NCBI GenBank assembly: GCA_024704765.1
Contig: JAKMXF010000363.1
Span: 153,521-217,520, forward strand
Direction: 5' to 3'
Length of the DNA stretch: 64,000 bases
Source: Oopsacas minuta
Lineage: Eukaryota; Animalia; Porifera
A program made the position numbers and the translations under genes. The notes under the pieces were generated by a model. It had not been told where the DNA came from, searched no databases, and saw nothing but the letters and a program-made list of their open reading frames with translations. This document shows, piece after piece, positions 1 through 13,322 of the stretch (position 1 is the first letter of the stretch; every line of letters starts with the position of its first letter).

Positions 1-1200
1 ACAACAACATTTGCAAACTACAACACATAAGCAATACATTGCAACACAGCATAACTCCTACAACAACATTTGCAACATTAATCTCAAACTAACAGCAACA
101 CAACAACAATACATTGTAATACAGCAAATTTCCTACAACAACAGTTTACAACATAGCCTACAATTTTCCCTTCACAACATCCACAATGCAAACGGTAAAG
201 CAACACTTTGCAATACAGCATAATTTCTACAACAACATTTGCAATATACATCTTACTACAACAGCAATATAACACAGCATACAAGCAATATCCTACAACT
301 TTCCTACTACAACATTTCACCTACAACATTTGCAATGTATCCTGCAACAGCACTACATTGCAATACAGTAATACATTGCAACACAGCGATACATTGCAAT
401 ATAGCAATACATTGCAACTCAGCACTACTTCCAATGCTCACCAGAAGACACACAATGCACATACACGTGACACAATACAGACACATATCAATAGGCAATT
501 TATGGACACAATTACAGGCACATTCCTAAAGCTGAAATCTAATACCTACAGGACAGTTGAAAAGTGTACAAATACACGAAAGTTTAATGTTTTTCACTTC
601 TGTTAATTTGCAATCTGAACTATTAAAAGTAACTTATTTACCTTGCCAAAATATCCCGTGATAATCCCGTGCTATCCCATCCCTGTCCCATTCGTTAATA
701 AAGGAAGTAATACATTTAATAACAACATAGATCAACATACAGTACGAGTACAATACAAAACAGATGTAGAATGTAGAATGACAATAACACTTATCCTTTG
801 GATTGAGAATTTGTTCATCCTCTGTCCTTCACACCAACACCAGAATTACATCCAGAGTGAGTGAGTTACGCAAAACCATTCAACATCAAGACCTACAAAC
901 AACAAGAATGATATCAAGTTTGACAACAAACTGTACACATAAATCACACAGCCTATTGCAAACACATAAAGCTAAGCTGCAACAACAACATTTTGCAAAC
1001 ACAAAAGGCTAATACACTATTACATAGCTACATCTGTACAACATTACACACACAGACTACACCTCACCAGCTAATGCATAACATATACACACACAAAGAC
1101 TACACTACAGACACAATTATATGGCATAAGTGGACATACATTAAAGGCGTCAAATCAAAACATAAAACCACTACAACGACACAGCTGAAAAGAGTATAAA
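1..1200. repeat. Degenerate CA-rich low-complexity/tandem repeat region
   Basis: Recurrent (a)caacaacatttgcaa units near 1, 61, 231, 321 and 981; an 18-bp unit acattgcaa(t/c)a(c/t)ag(t/c)(a/g)at repeated ~3.5 times at ~355-420; the plus strand is strongly G-poor. Confidence 0.7.
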
Positions 1201-1335
1201 TACAGGCAAGTTCTGACATTTGGTACTTCTGTTCTTTTATTTCTGCAACATTAAAAGTTAATTATTACCTTGCTCAAAAACCTTCCTTAACTGTCTCCAT
1301 TTGCTTGATTTAGTGACCAGGTATATCTATTGCTC

Positions 1336-2642
1336 TCTTCTTCATTTCCTTAGTTTAGTGACTTCTCCTTTGTATAGAACAACAATAACTTGGTTACAGC
1401 TCAGTCTCTCTCTTGTTAGCCTCTGATAACAGAAACTCTAACTCTTTAACCGTGTACTTTTCCTGTTCTACCTGGTCCCTTGAAGTAGTAAGGTCTGTTT
1501 GCCTGGAATTAACTGCTAATTCAGTATCTGCTACTTCCTTTCTTAGCTTACTTATTGTTTCAGATAATTCTGTATTGATTGAAACCATCTGTTCTAACTT
1601 AGTAATGGGCTCACTCAACTATAAATAGGAAATTAGGAGATCGAACTCAGTCAAAATGTATTAGAATAATCAGGATTATTATTATTACTATTATTATTAT
1701 TATTATTGACTTACTTGTTTGGTGTAATACTCTACGTCGTTTGTGAGTTTAGCATTTTCCAATAACACATCTTCTAACTTTTGTTTCTGGTTACATAGCT
1801 CTGATTCTTTGCTCAGAAATTCTTCTCCTTTCAACTCAATCTCTTTCCTACTGTCTCTAAGCTCAGCTTTCAAATTATTCGCTTCTTGCAGGTGATCATC
1901 TACAGAGTCAGCAGCTGTATTCGTTAACCATAAATTGAAATAAGTACACATTTCTCATTTAGTGAACAGATTTCAATTTACCTCCTGATTATCTTTGAGT
2001 ACTTCCCTCTCTCTTCCAGCTGTTTTCAACTCCTCTATCTCCTTAGTATATCCTTCTACCTGTAAGACCAATTCCTGGGAATATAGTCTTGAAACCTCTT
2101 TATCCTTCCTAACAGATGATAGCTGTATACCTTGCTTAGTCCTGCTCTCTTTCTCATCAGTATACTCTATACGTAGAAGTGATAAAGACTTGCTCAGAGC
2201 CTCCATTTCATCTGATGTATTAGGTAGAACTTCTTGGAATTCTTTAACTTTATATTCCTTAAACTGATCTAGGTTCTCCCCACATTCTTTCAGAGATTCC
2301 TCCAATTTATAAATCACAAATATTCATAATAACATCAACAAGTTATTTACCTATCTAGTTATATGCGAGAGGTTATTCGAGGGGAAATACCTCTGAGATG
2401 TCACTCTCATCTTCATCACAAACACCTATTTGTATTGCTTCAAAGTCATCAGGTTTGTCAACGAGTGAGTGGATAGAGTCTAATGCTTCAGACACCTGAT
2501 AAGCTCGAGAGACACTTCGCTCATCAACATTCTCACTTGATCCGGACAGGTTACTGTTCAGGTAGTAGTGTCTGAGGTGAACATTCTGGCTGGGAGAGTA
2601 CACGCTCTCTTGTCTCCTCGCCACCTGCAATCTCTCTGACAC
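1336..2642 (-). CDS. Spliced coiled-coil exons, probably the 3' part of the PCM1-like gene
   Basis: ORFs 1394-1618, 1703-1951, 1973-2317 and 2373-2642 are E/K/L-rich heptad sequence separated by short AT-rich gaps with GT..AG ends (e.g. ACCAAACAA|GTAAGT near 1710; atttatag|TTGAGT near 1622). Joining to the PCM1-like exon is inferred. Confidence 0.55.
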
Positions 2643-2653
2643 TTGTGTACAAG

Positions 2654-3418
2654 CTATGAAAGAAAAAGGGGCGGGGGAGGTTGTGGAATAGCAGAGAAGG
2701 CTTCAGCATCGATCAGATCACAATTTTCATCATCATTAATCACACGCTTCAGACAACTCAGACCACATTCTCTCACATAATCACTATTGAGTAATTGAGC
2801 TACACGAATAAGCTCCAGCATGTAGTAGGCACGTGTTTCATTCTGTCTTACCAGAGAGGCTACCTCTGAGTATATCCGTTCCCTCACTTGATCCAATACA
2901 GGAGACTCAACACCTGGGGAAACCCTCTTCTGTGAATTGTGACGAGTAACATGACCAGATTTCCTTCTGGGGGAAGCAGGAACAGCATTCACTTGTTGTT
3001 GGGGTTGTTTTCTGTAACAGTGCATAGGAGTGACCTCCCGTCTAGAAAGATTATCACGAGCTAAGGGCACACAGTGTTGAGATGATATCATATTATCTGA
3101 GAAAGTTAGATCAGTTTGAGTACAGCTAGTAGTTACAGGCACACGAGGCTCATGTATCCACTGGTTAACCGGGTGTAAAGCAGGATCAGGACCAGGACCA
3201 GGACCAGGACCAGGAGTAGGTAAGCTCTGGTACATATTAGCATCAGCTGAAGAGGGATAGAAGCCAGGAGTAGGTGTAGGGTAGCTGAGAAGGACAGGAG
3301 GAGCTGTCTGGTAGTAAGGAGTGACTGGAAGGGAATAAGGAGCACTAGGGAAAGTAGCACCGTGAGGAGTAGTGGCTACAGGGATGTGAGGCTGTTGTAT
3401 AGACAGAAATTGTGTCAT
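2654..3418 (-). CDS. PCM1: PCM1-like (pericentriolar material 1) exon
   Basis: RERIYSEVASLVRQNETRAYYMLELIRVAQLLNSDYVRECGLSCLKRVI resembles the conserved PCM1 segment (YSEVATLISQNESRPHFLIELFHELQLLNTDYLRQRALYALQDIV, recalled from memory). The exon is preceded by acceptor ...ccgaacag|ATG, so upstream exons are likely. Confidence 0.65.
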   Translation of the reverse strand: MTQFLSIQQPHIPVATTPHGATFPSAPYSLPVTPYYQTAPPVLLSYPTPTPGFYPSSADANMYQSLPTPGPGPGPGPDPALHPVNQWIHEPRVPVTTSCTQTDLTFSDNMISSQHCVPLARDNLSRREVTPMHCYRKQPQQQVNAVPASPRRKSGHVTRHNSQKRVSPGVESPVLDQVRERIYSEVASLVRQNETRAYYMLELIRVAQLLNSDYVRECGLSCLKRVINDDENCDLIDAEAFSAIPQPPPPLFLS

Positions 3419-5458
3419 CTGTTCGGCTAAAATACAGAGGGGTCAAATGTGCGAAAATATACACATTAGAAAACTTGTAAATGTGCACAACAAGAGGTCA
3501 CTACAAGTACACATGCCAAATTTGGTGTCTTAACTTAGAAAGGTGTGAACAATAGAGCGCAAACATATACGTATATATTATATATACTCAACCATTTTAC
3601 AACTGAGCCACTATACTATGCAATAGTATTAATCGGAATAGCAAAAATAGAATATACAATCACATACTCAGAGTGCATTACTTAGATTTACAGCAGCTTG
3701 GTATTTGTTTCGCTTAGCAAACAAAAGTAACATTGCAATGCCATATAAGTAAAAATTGATCATTCGAGTTTCTTACTGAGTACTTGAATAGATACGAGTC
3801 TTGAATAGAGATATCTATTTGCTACAACGGAATTATCATCAATAGTTTCCACGATACACTGGTACTCTCATGTGTCTAACTCCTGGGTGTCTCTGAAGAG
3901 TAAAGTTCCTTGGTGGGGAGATACGTAACTCACTCTGTTGCTAGTCTGATGAGGAATATACGTATATATATATATATATATATATTTTTAGCGGGGATAA
4001 GGCATTATATTTAGCTGCAAAAGGATTCCATCTACTAGCCACTTAAACGATAGAGAGAGTTCCTCATCTACACTAGCCTGATATACCAGATAGTCATCTT
4101 GGGCTAGTGCAAAAGAGCCAGAGGAAGGCTCATGTATGAATCTAGTATCATCTAAATGAATAAGAATTAGTCTTGATTGATAATTTGGTAAACAAATAAT
4201 CGATATGTTTACAAATATACATAACTATACAAATAATAATTACTTAGTATGGTGATGTAAGTACTTCTGGTGTATTAAACCGAAAGAGTTGGAAACGATA
4301 CAAGTGTAATTTCCGCTATCTTCTTTAAAGAGAGAATTCTTCACAAGAATACCAGGTGCAGGAGAGTAGACAAATATCTCAATAAACGAAAATTAATTTC
4401 TTATAAAACCTATCACTGATAAGATATTTCATATTTGTAATCTCGTTGTCAGACCTACCCAAACTAAGCAATAAAATACAGCTAAACAATGAAACATCAA
4501 TTTACCCTTGAGTAATAGCATCATTAAGAGGAATAAAGTCTCTGTTCCAAGAGTATTGGGGGGGGGGCGGAACTGAGTCACCTGAGCAATTGAGTGAAAG
4601 AGGAGGATAAGTGAATATAATTACAGATGGCAAGTGTTCACAACCCAGAAATCTGGGAGAATAACCTAAATGTAGTTGTGACGCAATCATAGTACGTATA
4701 CGAAAGTTTACTTGAGATATACACTTTTATCACTATCAACTTATAACTTTCCGCAAGTTCTAATCACCGAATTTACCATTACAAAAGTATTTTCATACTA
4801 ATATTCACAAAATTGATACAATTAAGTAAAGATTGCATATCGTATTACCTCGAATAATCCGCGGGGCAATTATTAATTTCAAGCACCCTTCAGAGGGAAA
4901 TTTAGATTTTTGTAAGCACGATTATTCCGACATAATCATACCTATGTTTATGCAATATGTATATATATATCCTTACAAACTGTAGATTGACCAAAATAAA
5001 GTGGAGTAATGGTTCACTGTATGTAGTTATATATTTTTAGGACCCTCAGGGGGGGCGAATATTCGAGGTAATACGGGAATTTCATATCTACAGGGAAACT
5101 TTGGGGGAAGATCGAATTACTGTCGTAATATACAACAATTTCAAGCAGAAAATGTCCAGCCGGCAGACTGGTAGTGCAGCTCAGGGTCATGTACTTTTGT
5201 TCTTTCAAGGGGAGCAAGTCTCCCCCACCCCCAAGAAAATGCCGCAATCACTGGACCCGACTGATTATAGGATCCTGGATCAGATAAATATCTTTCAAAT
5301 ATTATAAATATAGATTTGAAAATATCAAAATTATAATTCCCTTACTCGATTACTCCTTACTAGAAGTTGAAATAAATTCTCTGCCATGATTTTGAATATT
5401 AAGAATTAATATATGTGAAAACATTATATTTTAATGAATCATTGTTCATTTTACAACA

Positions 5459-6361
5459 TCAGTCTAGTACCACATAAGATTTACTAGGGAAAATTTGTCC
5501 TACACTAGAAGAACGTGTACTGAGTTGAAAACTTTCGAAATCATCATCATCACAATGAGTAGAGATCGCTTCTAACTGCACAGCTTTCTGCCTAGTCAAA
5601 AGTTCAAGAGGGAGTGAAATGTTGTTAAGCTGACCCAAAGTTCGCAAATCGAAATAATATTTAGCGTATAGACTTAAAGGGACATTAACATCCAATTGTA
5701 ATAAGTCAAAAAAATCTCTTTCCATTTTATTGACATCATCAACTTGTAATTCTTTGAAAAGCTGACAATAATCCGCATTCCACACGGCTTTATCATTCCA
5801 TACTTTCGAAGCTAACAAGATAGATCCAAACAATATTCGTTTCCAAGTAAAAACTGAAATATGAATCCCTGCGTATATAAGAAGGCGCTCCAAATAGATA
5901 AGAGAAATAATTGCACATTCTGGTGTCAACTCTGCTGGATAAAAAAGCTGTTTCATGAATCTATAAATGGTCTTGGTTTCTGGAATAAGGCAGCTATCGA
6001 AACAAATTGCATTGTGACTTGAAATTGGGTGTAAACGCTCATCAAAAACATCCAAGTTACGAGGTTGTTGGTTTTTAGAATCGAATATGAGTAAATTATG
6101 CACTGCTAACGCTACTGATTTTAGGGTATGCTTCATATTTGGTTGTGCAACTGTATTTGAATCGATAAAAACACTACTGGTGGAGGAGGACCTCCGAATT
6201 CCATTATGATTCCCAATTATGGGTAAGTGGTTGTTGTTGTTAAAATAGAAGGACCCGAGGAACAAACTACCAATGAGCTCTTCGGGTTCACTAATATCTG
6301 TTAGCGAAGGGTATATCGGAATGAAATATTCTGTATCGGTCTCAGAGTTCTGTTCAGGTGT
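5459..6361 (-). CDS. CCNY: Cyclin Y-like protein, terminal exon carrying the whole cyclin core
   Basis: RRSSSTSSVFIDSNTVAQPN, LDVFDERLHP, AELTPECAIISLIYLERLL, WKRILFGSILLASKVWNDKAVWNADYC and YAKYYFDLR match cyclin Y family motifs. The exon opens at acceptor ctatag|ACA (6361) and is open to the stop at 5459. Confidence 0.9.
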   Translation of the reverse strand, partial: TPEQNSETDTEYFIPIYPSLTDISEPEELIGSLFLGSFYFNNNNHLPIIGNHNGIRRSSSTSSVFIDSNTVAQPNMKHTLKSVALAVHNLLIFDSKNQQPRNLDVFDERLHPISSHNAICFDSCLIPETKTIYRFMKQLFYPAELTPECAIISLIYLERLLIYAGIHISVFTWKRILFGSILLASKVWNDKAVWNADYCQLFKELQVDDVNKMERDFFDLLQLDVNVPLSLYAKYYFDLRTLGQLNNISLPLELLTRQKAVQLEAISTHCDDDDFESFQLSTRSSSVGQIFPSKSYVVLD

Positions 6362-6689
6362 CTATAGGCAAAATTAAATAAATCGACCCTTGCTAGCGTA
6401 GCAACTAGATGTGACATAGGAATTTGAAAATAGCTACATACGTAGTTAATACAACAATTAACTTGAGTGAATGACTTATTAATTAATCACACATTCAATG
6501 ATTAGATACAGCAACCCTTAAGAATAATAATTCAATATTAATTAGTTCCGAAGTAATTTCTGGTATTAAATGTAATGCGAGAAATATGGAAATTTAAAGA
6601 AAACAAATTACTACAAAACAATAACGTCAATTATAGAAATGAGTATTATATAACTCACATTGCGGATAGAACATACCAGTAAAGATTCA

Positions 6690-9600
6690 TGTTTTGTTCG
6701 AGATTTTTTACATGCCTATCAACTTCTGCTGGCCTAGATCGTTTGCGTGAAGAACTATCACCAATTTTAACAACTGTAGGGCGTTGAGAATCAGACACAC
6801 TGTAATCCTATTTAAGATTAAAAATAGAAACATAATTCGTAGGGATGTATTAAATTGTCACCTCCAAATTGGGACGATTTAAGGGTGAATTATTGGAATT
6901 ATCAACATTTGAATACAGTGGATTCCGGTTATAAGAACATGTATGCTACTCACAAGGGTGTTCTTATAACCAGCATCCATTAGGAACAATCATACTACTT
7001 ACTAAATTGTATGTTTGTAAGCGAACTGAATAAATACAATTACTACGGAGATTCATATACATTTTCAGTGAAGATAACTTAATCTCTCAAGTAATATAAT
7101 TCTATAAATACTTACCCATTGTCCTGACTCTAATTGGAAATTTGGAGGAGCGAGTTGTGTTATGGGTCCTCTAGATGCCGACTAGTAGATAGATAGAGAG
7201 ATAGATAGATAGGCTAGACCAGACTAGACTAGATTAGACTTACCGTCGCAGATTCAAATAATTGTCCCGGTTCTTGGGTGGGGAAAGAAGAATTAGGAGA
7301 ACATTCATCAGTATTGTCTAATAGCTAAACGAAAAAACAAAAACACATAATATCAAATAAATATTAAACACATTACGTGGACCCCTCCCATAACTGCAAT
7401 ACAAATTTTGAGACTCTATGGACCCGGTACTGTCGTCCGTAACCGTTCTATTATTGTATAAAGATATTACCTGTTCAGTCTGTGATGCTTCGATAGATAG
7501 ATAATCGTCAAGAGTAAGCCCAGGTATGACGTCAGGTTTTTGAGGGCCAGCAACAACGAGATCTGGAATGTGTTGAATATTCGAAGGAGAATCCTTTATT
7601 ATTGAACTATGTGTAAGTGATGGTAATGAATTCTTAGTCATCAGATCAGTTGTATTGCTAGAACCAACTGAAACTGAATCTAAAGATGGTGTTAGAATAT
7701 ATCTAGGACCATCTTGATATCTATCTCTCACTTCGTCGCTAACAATTGGTATACATATACTTTTATCTGAGTCTTGGTCATTCATAGAATCGGAAGGAAG
7801 TTTACGTCGAACAGAGGTCTTCTCAGTTTCATGATTTGGGTAGGATTTTTGGCTGCTAGAGATCTCTACCTCGGAAGGCATACTGCTCTTATCGCTCACT
7901 ATAGAATATGGAAATGTAGGTATACATGTAAATCAGGAGAAGTAGAGAGAAGATTATAGCAATACATTAGCAAATTGATGGGAGGTAGATATAAGAATGT
8001 CTTGCCTACTATGGCGAAACCTCCACAAACGACCCAAAATACTACCCAGTTCCCCATTCTTGCTAAATTCCACAGTTCATTTGTATGGGACGAGGTACCA
8101 TGAATTCGCTCTATATATTTTCTCTCCGTTTCTACGTTTGTGGAGGTATCACTGCCATAGGAGGGAAAATTCGCTTTTCGGCAGGTTTTTGTAAGACAAC
8201 AATCAACATAAACACGAAAAGGTGAGACAATTGACATAGTTACACCAAATTTTATCATGGCTGTGCGAAGGAAAATGAAGATTAAGAACTATGCAGTATA
8301 AATACGTATAGAATGTAATTGAGTTCTATTAATAGTAACACTATGGCAACTATTGAGCACAAATATATCCATAGTTATGTGCGAATAAATAATGACGTCT
8401 GATTACCTTATAAGGAAACAGGATAGACGCAATGGTATTTACATTCTTGTAATTTGGAATTTTACAAATTAGTGCGGTATTATGAATTATATTTTAAAGT
8501 CGAGCACTATTCTCTACAGAACTTACAATTCGATCCTTCGTTACTTTCTCCATTCTGCATTTCCTGGGGACCTAGATTATTAATGTCCTCAGTATCCTGA
8601 CGGACTTGACGTAAACTGTCTTCCAAATTCAAGGAGTTTCGAGATTTTTTTACATCCACATCAACTATATCGTCTTCAACTTCTGCTGGCCTACATCGTT
8701 TGTGTGAAGAATTCGAGTTCATACTAGTTTGGAGTTCAATGGAACTCGTAACAATGATTTCAGTGTTTCTCAAGCCTTCCAGAGTGTGTTTTTCAGTAAA
8801 TTTGAAATTATCACCAATTTTAACAACTGTAGGGCGTTGAGGAGGATACATAGTATGATCCTATTTAAGATTAAAAATAGAAACATAATTCGTAGGGATG
8901 TATTAAATTGTCACCTCCAAATTGGGACGATTTAAGGGTGAATTATTGGAATTATCAACATTTGAATACAGTGGATTCCGGTTATAAGAACATGTATGCT
9001 ACTCACAAGGGTGTTCTTATAACCAGCATCCATTAGGAACAATCATACTACTTACTAGTAATGGCGAGTTGGTAGTTATCTTCTCTTGCGATTGTGAGTA
9101 GGGAGAGACACAGTGAAGTGAATCATTTGATGCAAATGGCTGGGGCTTAGGAAATGGTGAAGTATTTGTGCGAGGAATGTGAATGAATGGGTAGAGATTA
9201 TTCTTTATTATTTCTCCTGTAGTATTTCGGCTGAGAAATCCCTAAATTGTATGTTTGTAAGCGAACTGAATAAATACAATTACTACGGAGATTCATATAC
9301 ATTTTCAGTGAAGATAACTTAATCTCTCAAGTAATATAATTCTATAAATACTTACACATTGTCCTGACTCTAATTGGAAATTTGGAGGAGCGAGTTGTGT
9401 TATGGGTCCTCTAGATGCCGACTAGTAGATAGATAGAGAGATAGATAGATAGGCTAGACCAGACTAGACTAGATTAGACTTACCGTTGCAGATTCAAATA
9501 ATTGTCCCGATTCTTGGGTGGGGAAAGAAGAATTAGGAGAACATTCATCAGTATTGTCTAATAGCTAAACGAAAAAACAAAAACACATAATATCAAATAA

Positions 9601-10090
9601 ATATTAAACACATTACGTGGACCCCTCCCATAACTGCAATACAAATTTTGAGACTCTATGGACCCGGTACTGTCGTCCGTAACCGTTCTATTATTGTATA
9701 AAGATATTACCTCTTCAGTCTGTGATGCTCCTCTTGTATATTTTTTTGATGGTGATGTGATCTTGGAGGTACCTGGATTAGGAACATCAAGGTGTAACAT
9801 GTCAACTGTCTCTCCTGACTCAAGTTGGTTACTCTCTTGTGATCCTAAAACACAATTAAACCAATATTCCAAAAAATCTAAGTAATAGTATGGAATTACC
9901 TGCGCGAGATCCAGGATTGGGTTGAGCTCCTCTAAGTAAAAGATAAAACAGATGTTAAACACAGGACAAAGATTGTTAATATTTGAAAATTGATAAATGG
10001 TAAAGGGAATAATATGAAATAAAAAATATCCGACAACTAACCTCTCTGCATCTCCCTGTGCCTGTGGAAAATACAAATATTCAATCATTG
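6690..10090 (-). CDS. Ser/Pro-rich upstream exons of the cyclin Y-like locus, with an internal duplication
   Basis: ORFs 7318-7899, 8507-8851 and 9558-10088. Block ~6700-7500 is repeated at ~8680-9720 (identical ...DDSTGSIESQNLYCSYGRGPRN ends). Splicing to the cyclin exon is inferred. Confidence 0.45.
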
Positions 10091-11463
10091 CAAATAAAAT
10101 ACGATAAAATTCACAGTAATATCTTAATTAATATGAACTTATACAATAGATTATGCGACGGTCATATTACTACAACGTGGCATACGTTATGTATAACAAC
10201 GTGGCTTACAAGTTGAAGAATTCGTATAATTGGAGGTAATGAAAATGAGTAAAATTATGATTCTATCTGTTGTAAGGAAAATTGGCCGTGTTGAGGCAAA
10301 TGTCTGCCTACATTTTCCATATGCGATCTGAAACACGAATTGATAAACCATATTCTGTTAGGAGTTACTCACCATTTTATCAGGAATAATTTTCCTACTA
10401 GTAAGAAAAGTTATACACTTTCTAGCCAGTTTCAAGCAAATTCGAAATAGCACCGTACACGTCCAACGCATAACTTGAAACCCATAATAGATAAGCACCG
10501 ACATTTTGAAAACACGATTAAAAGATAAACAAATAACAATTCTATTAAAAGATTATAACTAACATTAGCTTATACTATTAGTGTATTAGTAATTGTATTT
10601 GTGTTTGACAGATAATAATACAATAACTACACGCAAGTTCATTAGTAAAGGAAATAGGTTAATAGAAGTGTTACTATATTGAAAATATATCCAATATTGT
10701 ATATTTGTTCATTCCTGAAGAAATACTATTAACTTCAAATCCGCAGAAAATAATTTGAATTACTTATTAGTATTTGTTGGGTTTGTTACTATATGTCTGA
10801 TAATAATCTCATTAGTATGCTCTACTAGTGTAATAATTCGATCGTAATTAACCATTTTTGGAACGGTGCTAAGAATTATTGATAATCCCAAATCGGTTAC
10901 AATTGCTTTCAAAGCGTATTTCCCAAAAATATGTCAAAAAGTATTTGGGGAATTATAAATCAGTTAGCATGAGTATCCCTCCTGAATGCTTAGCACATAT
11001 ATTTGCTATACAAACTAAGTTCGTTTGTCTCATCATTATGGGTCAAATCATTCCATTGAATTTTGATGTATTCAAGCAAATGCTCAGCTCAGTGTTGTTG
11101 TAAATACAATTATAATAGCCACAAGGTTTACCTTAATACTTCCTAATGATATAGGGAAGTATAATGTGATTCTAGGGATATAAGTATATAATTATTCTAA
11201 AAAATAGATGTCAATTCGGGTCTTAGGGAGGAGTGAGGGGCGCTTTGGCACCTAACTTGGTACCAAGCCAGAGGAAACTCAAAACTTCATTGGCTTTATA
11301 TGTATATAACATTCCAATTTTGATGTCCGAAATTGTATATCGCTGTTACTGACATTCATTTGTCCTCCCTTAGGGTGTTATGTGTTAATAGGTAATAATT
11401 GTCACCGATAAAGTGATGATAATAATGTCCAAAAGTTATTTACAGGCATAAGCGGCAATATTC

Positions 11464-11676
11464 TCAGAAATGTCTCACCTTTGGAACTGGGTCTCCATTT
11501 TGTCTCCCTTTCTTACAACACCAAAGTATTGCCGCGATGATACATAGAGCAACTATAATCGTTCCGGTGGGTATTAACTTGTAGTAGTAGAGATGTGGAT
11601 TTTCTAAAATGATAAACCAAATGAATGACGAGCCTTGCATTAGGTAACAGTGATATTCGCCTAATAGCAAGTTCAT
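11464..11676 (-). pseudogene. Fragment of a single-pass membrane protein (TM helix followed by WCCKK)
   Basis: IIVALCIIAAILWCCKKG is a hydrophobic stretch followed by a Cys/Lys juxtamembrane motif; the paralog lies at 59189-59407 (+). Surrounding frames contain stops. Confidence 0.35.
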
Positions 11677-13322
11677 ACATTAGTGAGGGAAATGTCCACA
11701 TACGACTTGCTAATAGGTGAAGTCCACAGTACATAAGCTTCCCCTTCTAAACGGGAGAACAGGAGAGTTCGCTATTAGTTACTATCCTTTACCTCCTGGA
11801 AACTTGCTAAATAATGGCGAACACTCCTGTAGATCAATACAACGAAGTTACTCATTGAAATGTGGGCGAATGTGCACGTGCGTCAATTGCAGACTCACTT
11901 TTATAATCACAATCCTCCAGTATACACCATCTGATAAAATCAAACTTGACAAAATCTCACTCATTTCGTAATACACAATTGACTAATTCTGTAATATAAT
12001 ATTGAATTGTATACAAACTGAAATAACATACTATCCCCAATCAAAGATCACTTATATACCTATACAAGGCTAATGAGCTCTTTACTATTGAACATTTGGT
12101 CAATCATATATTATTAGCGATAATTAATGGAATTTTGGCCCAAAATACTAATTCCAATTAATTAATATTAGTATAAACTTACCAAAAGCATTCATCTGTA
12201 AGTGTGTATTTGATATAAATATTCTAATATTAAAGAAATAGATTTCCAAGTAAGATTAATTATCGAGATATTAAAAAGTACCTGGCGCATGCGCTAATAT
12301 ATTAAATAGTGGGGTGTAGAGTATAATATTCGTAGTATCAATCTAGATATAACATTCATTTATTTTAGCAAACCATAAAACATATCTTTGAAATTTTTGA
12401 AATTTTGTTATTTAGTAAACCATAACATTAAATTTCGAATTTTGTATAAGAATAACCTTACTCAGTTTGGCAGTGCCAAATACTCAATTTGGACGGTAAC
12501 CTACACAAGCTAGAGTATCAACAACATCCCACGGCCCACCAAGCTCATTTATTCTCTAAATCGATTTCAATCATTGGACGAAAAGAACCCAATTTATATT
12601 AAAGAAAATAAAAGTGGATGAAAAGAATATTGATTATTATAAAAATTAAATAAAACTAAAAACTAAACTAAATAAAACTAACACTAAATAATTCTTCTAA
12701 GAGCTAGTATACCTAAAAGTGAAAGAACAATGTTAAAGAAGGTAGAAAGAGAAATACATATAGAAATGAACAGAATTGGAGGAATTCAGATCTAAATTCC
12801 TCTGCATACTTGCCAACTCCTTACAATATGTTTTCCTGTGTAAATTGTCAAAATCTTTGTATTTCACATTGCTTCCTAGAATTGATATCCAAATCAATTA
12901 TTTCGAATTTATGGCTCATTATATAACTATTAAAACTCTAAATAATCGTGTAATTCACACTAGGATTTGAAGAAATATCCATGGCTAATCCAGGATCCCA
13001 AAAGGGTTGACAAGTATTCTTTGTATATTTATCCTATTGTATTTCCTGAATGAAGCAAGCGTGCTACATCAAGCAGTTGCTCAGTAAGATAATAATTACC
13101 TATGCCATAATTGGCCGTGCAATAATCTATTGAGTAAGATTTCACATTTAAAATGTGTAAACTAATTAGCACAAACTCAAAGAGATCCTAGAATTTGTTT
13201 ATATGCAGAATTCGTACTAACCAAAGCAAGCAATTCTCATTATTCATAAAGAATAGTCTTATGAAGTTATACTAACATCCCTGGTTTAATTAATGTAATA
13301 AAGTAAATGTTAAACGACTTAC

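Larger units (their letters stand above)
5940..12325. repeat. Left arm of a large inverted segmental duplication
   Basis: Reverse complement of 58527-64000; paired ORFs 11464/59189, 10879/59769, 9558/60749-60954, 8507/61639, 7899/62760 and the cyclin Y exon. The right arm runs off the window. Confidence 0.95.

Noticed and set aside
11-1199. Multiple Q/T/H/C-rich ORFs
   Set aside because: By-products of low-complexity CA-rich DNA; no domain signal.
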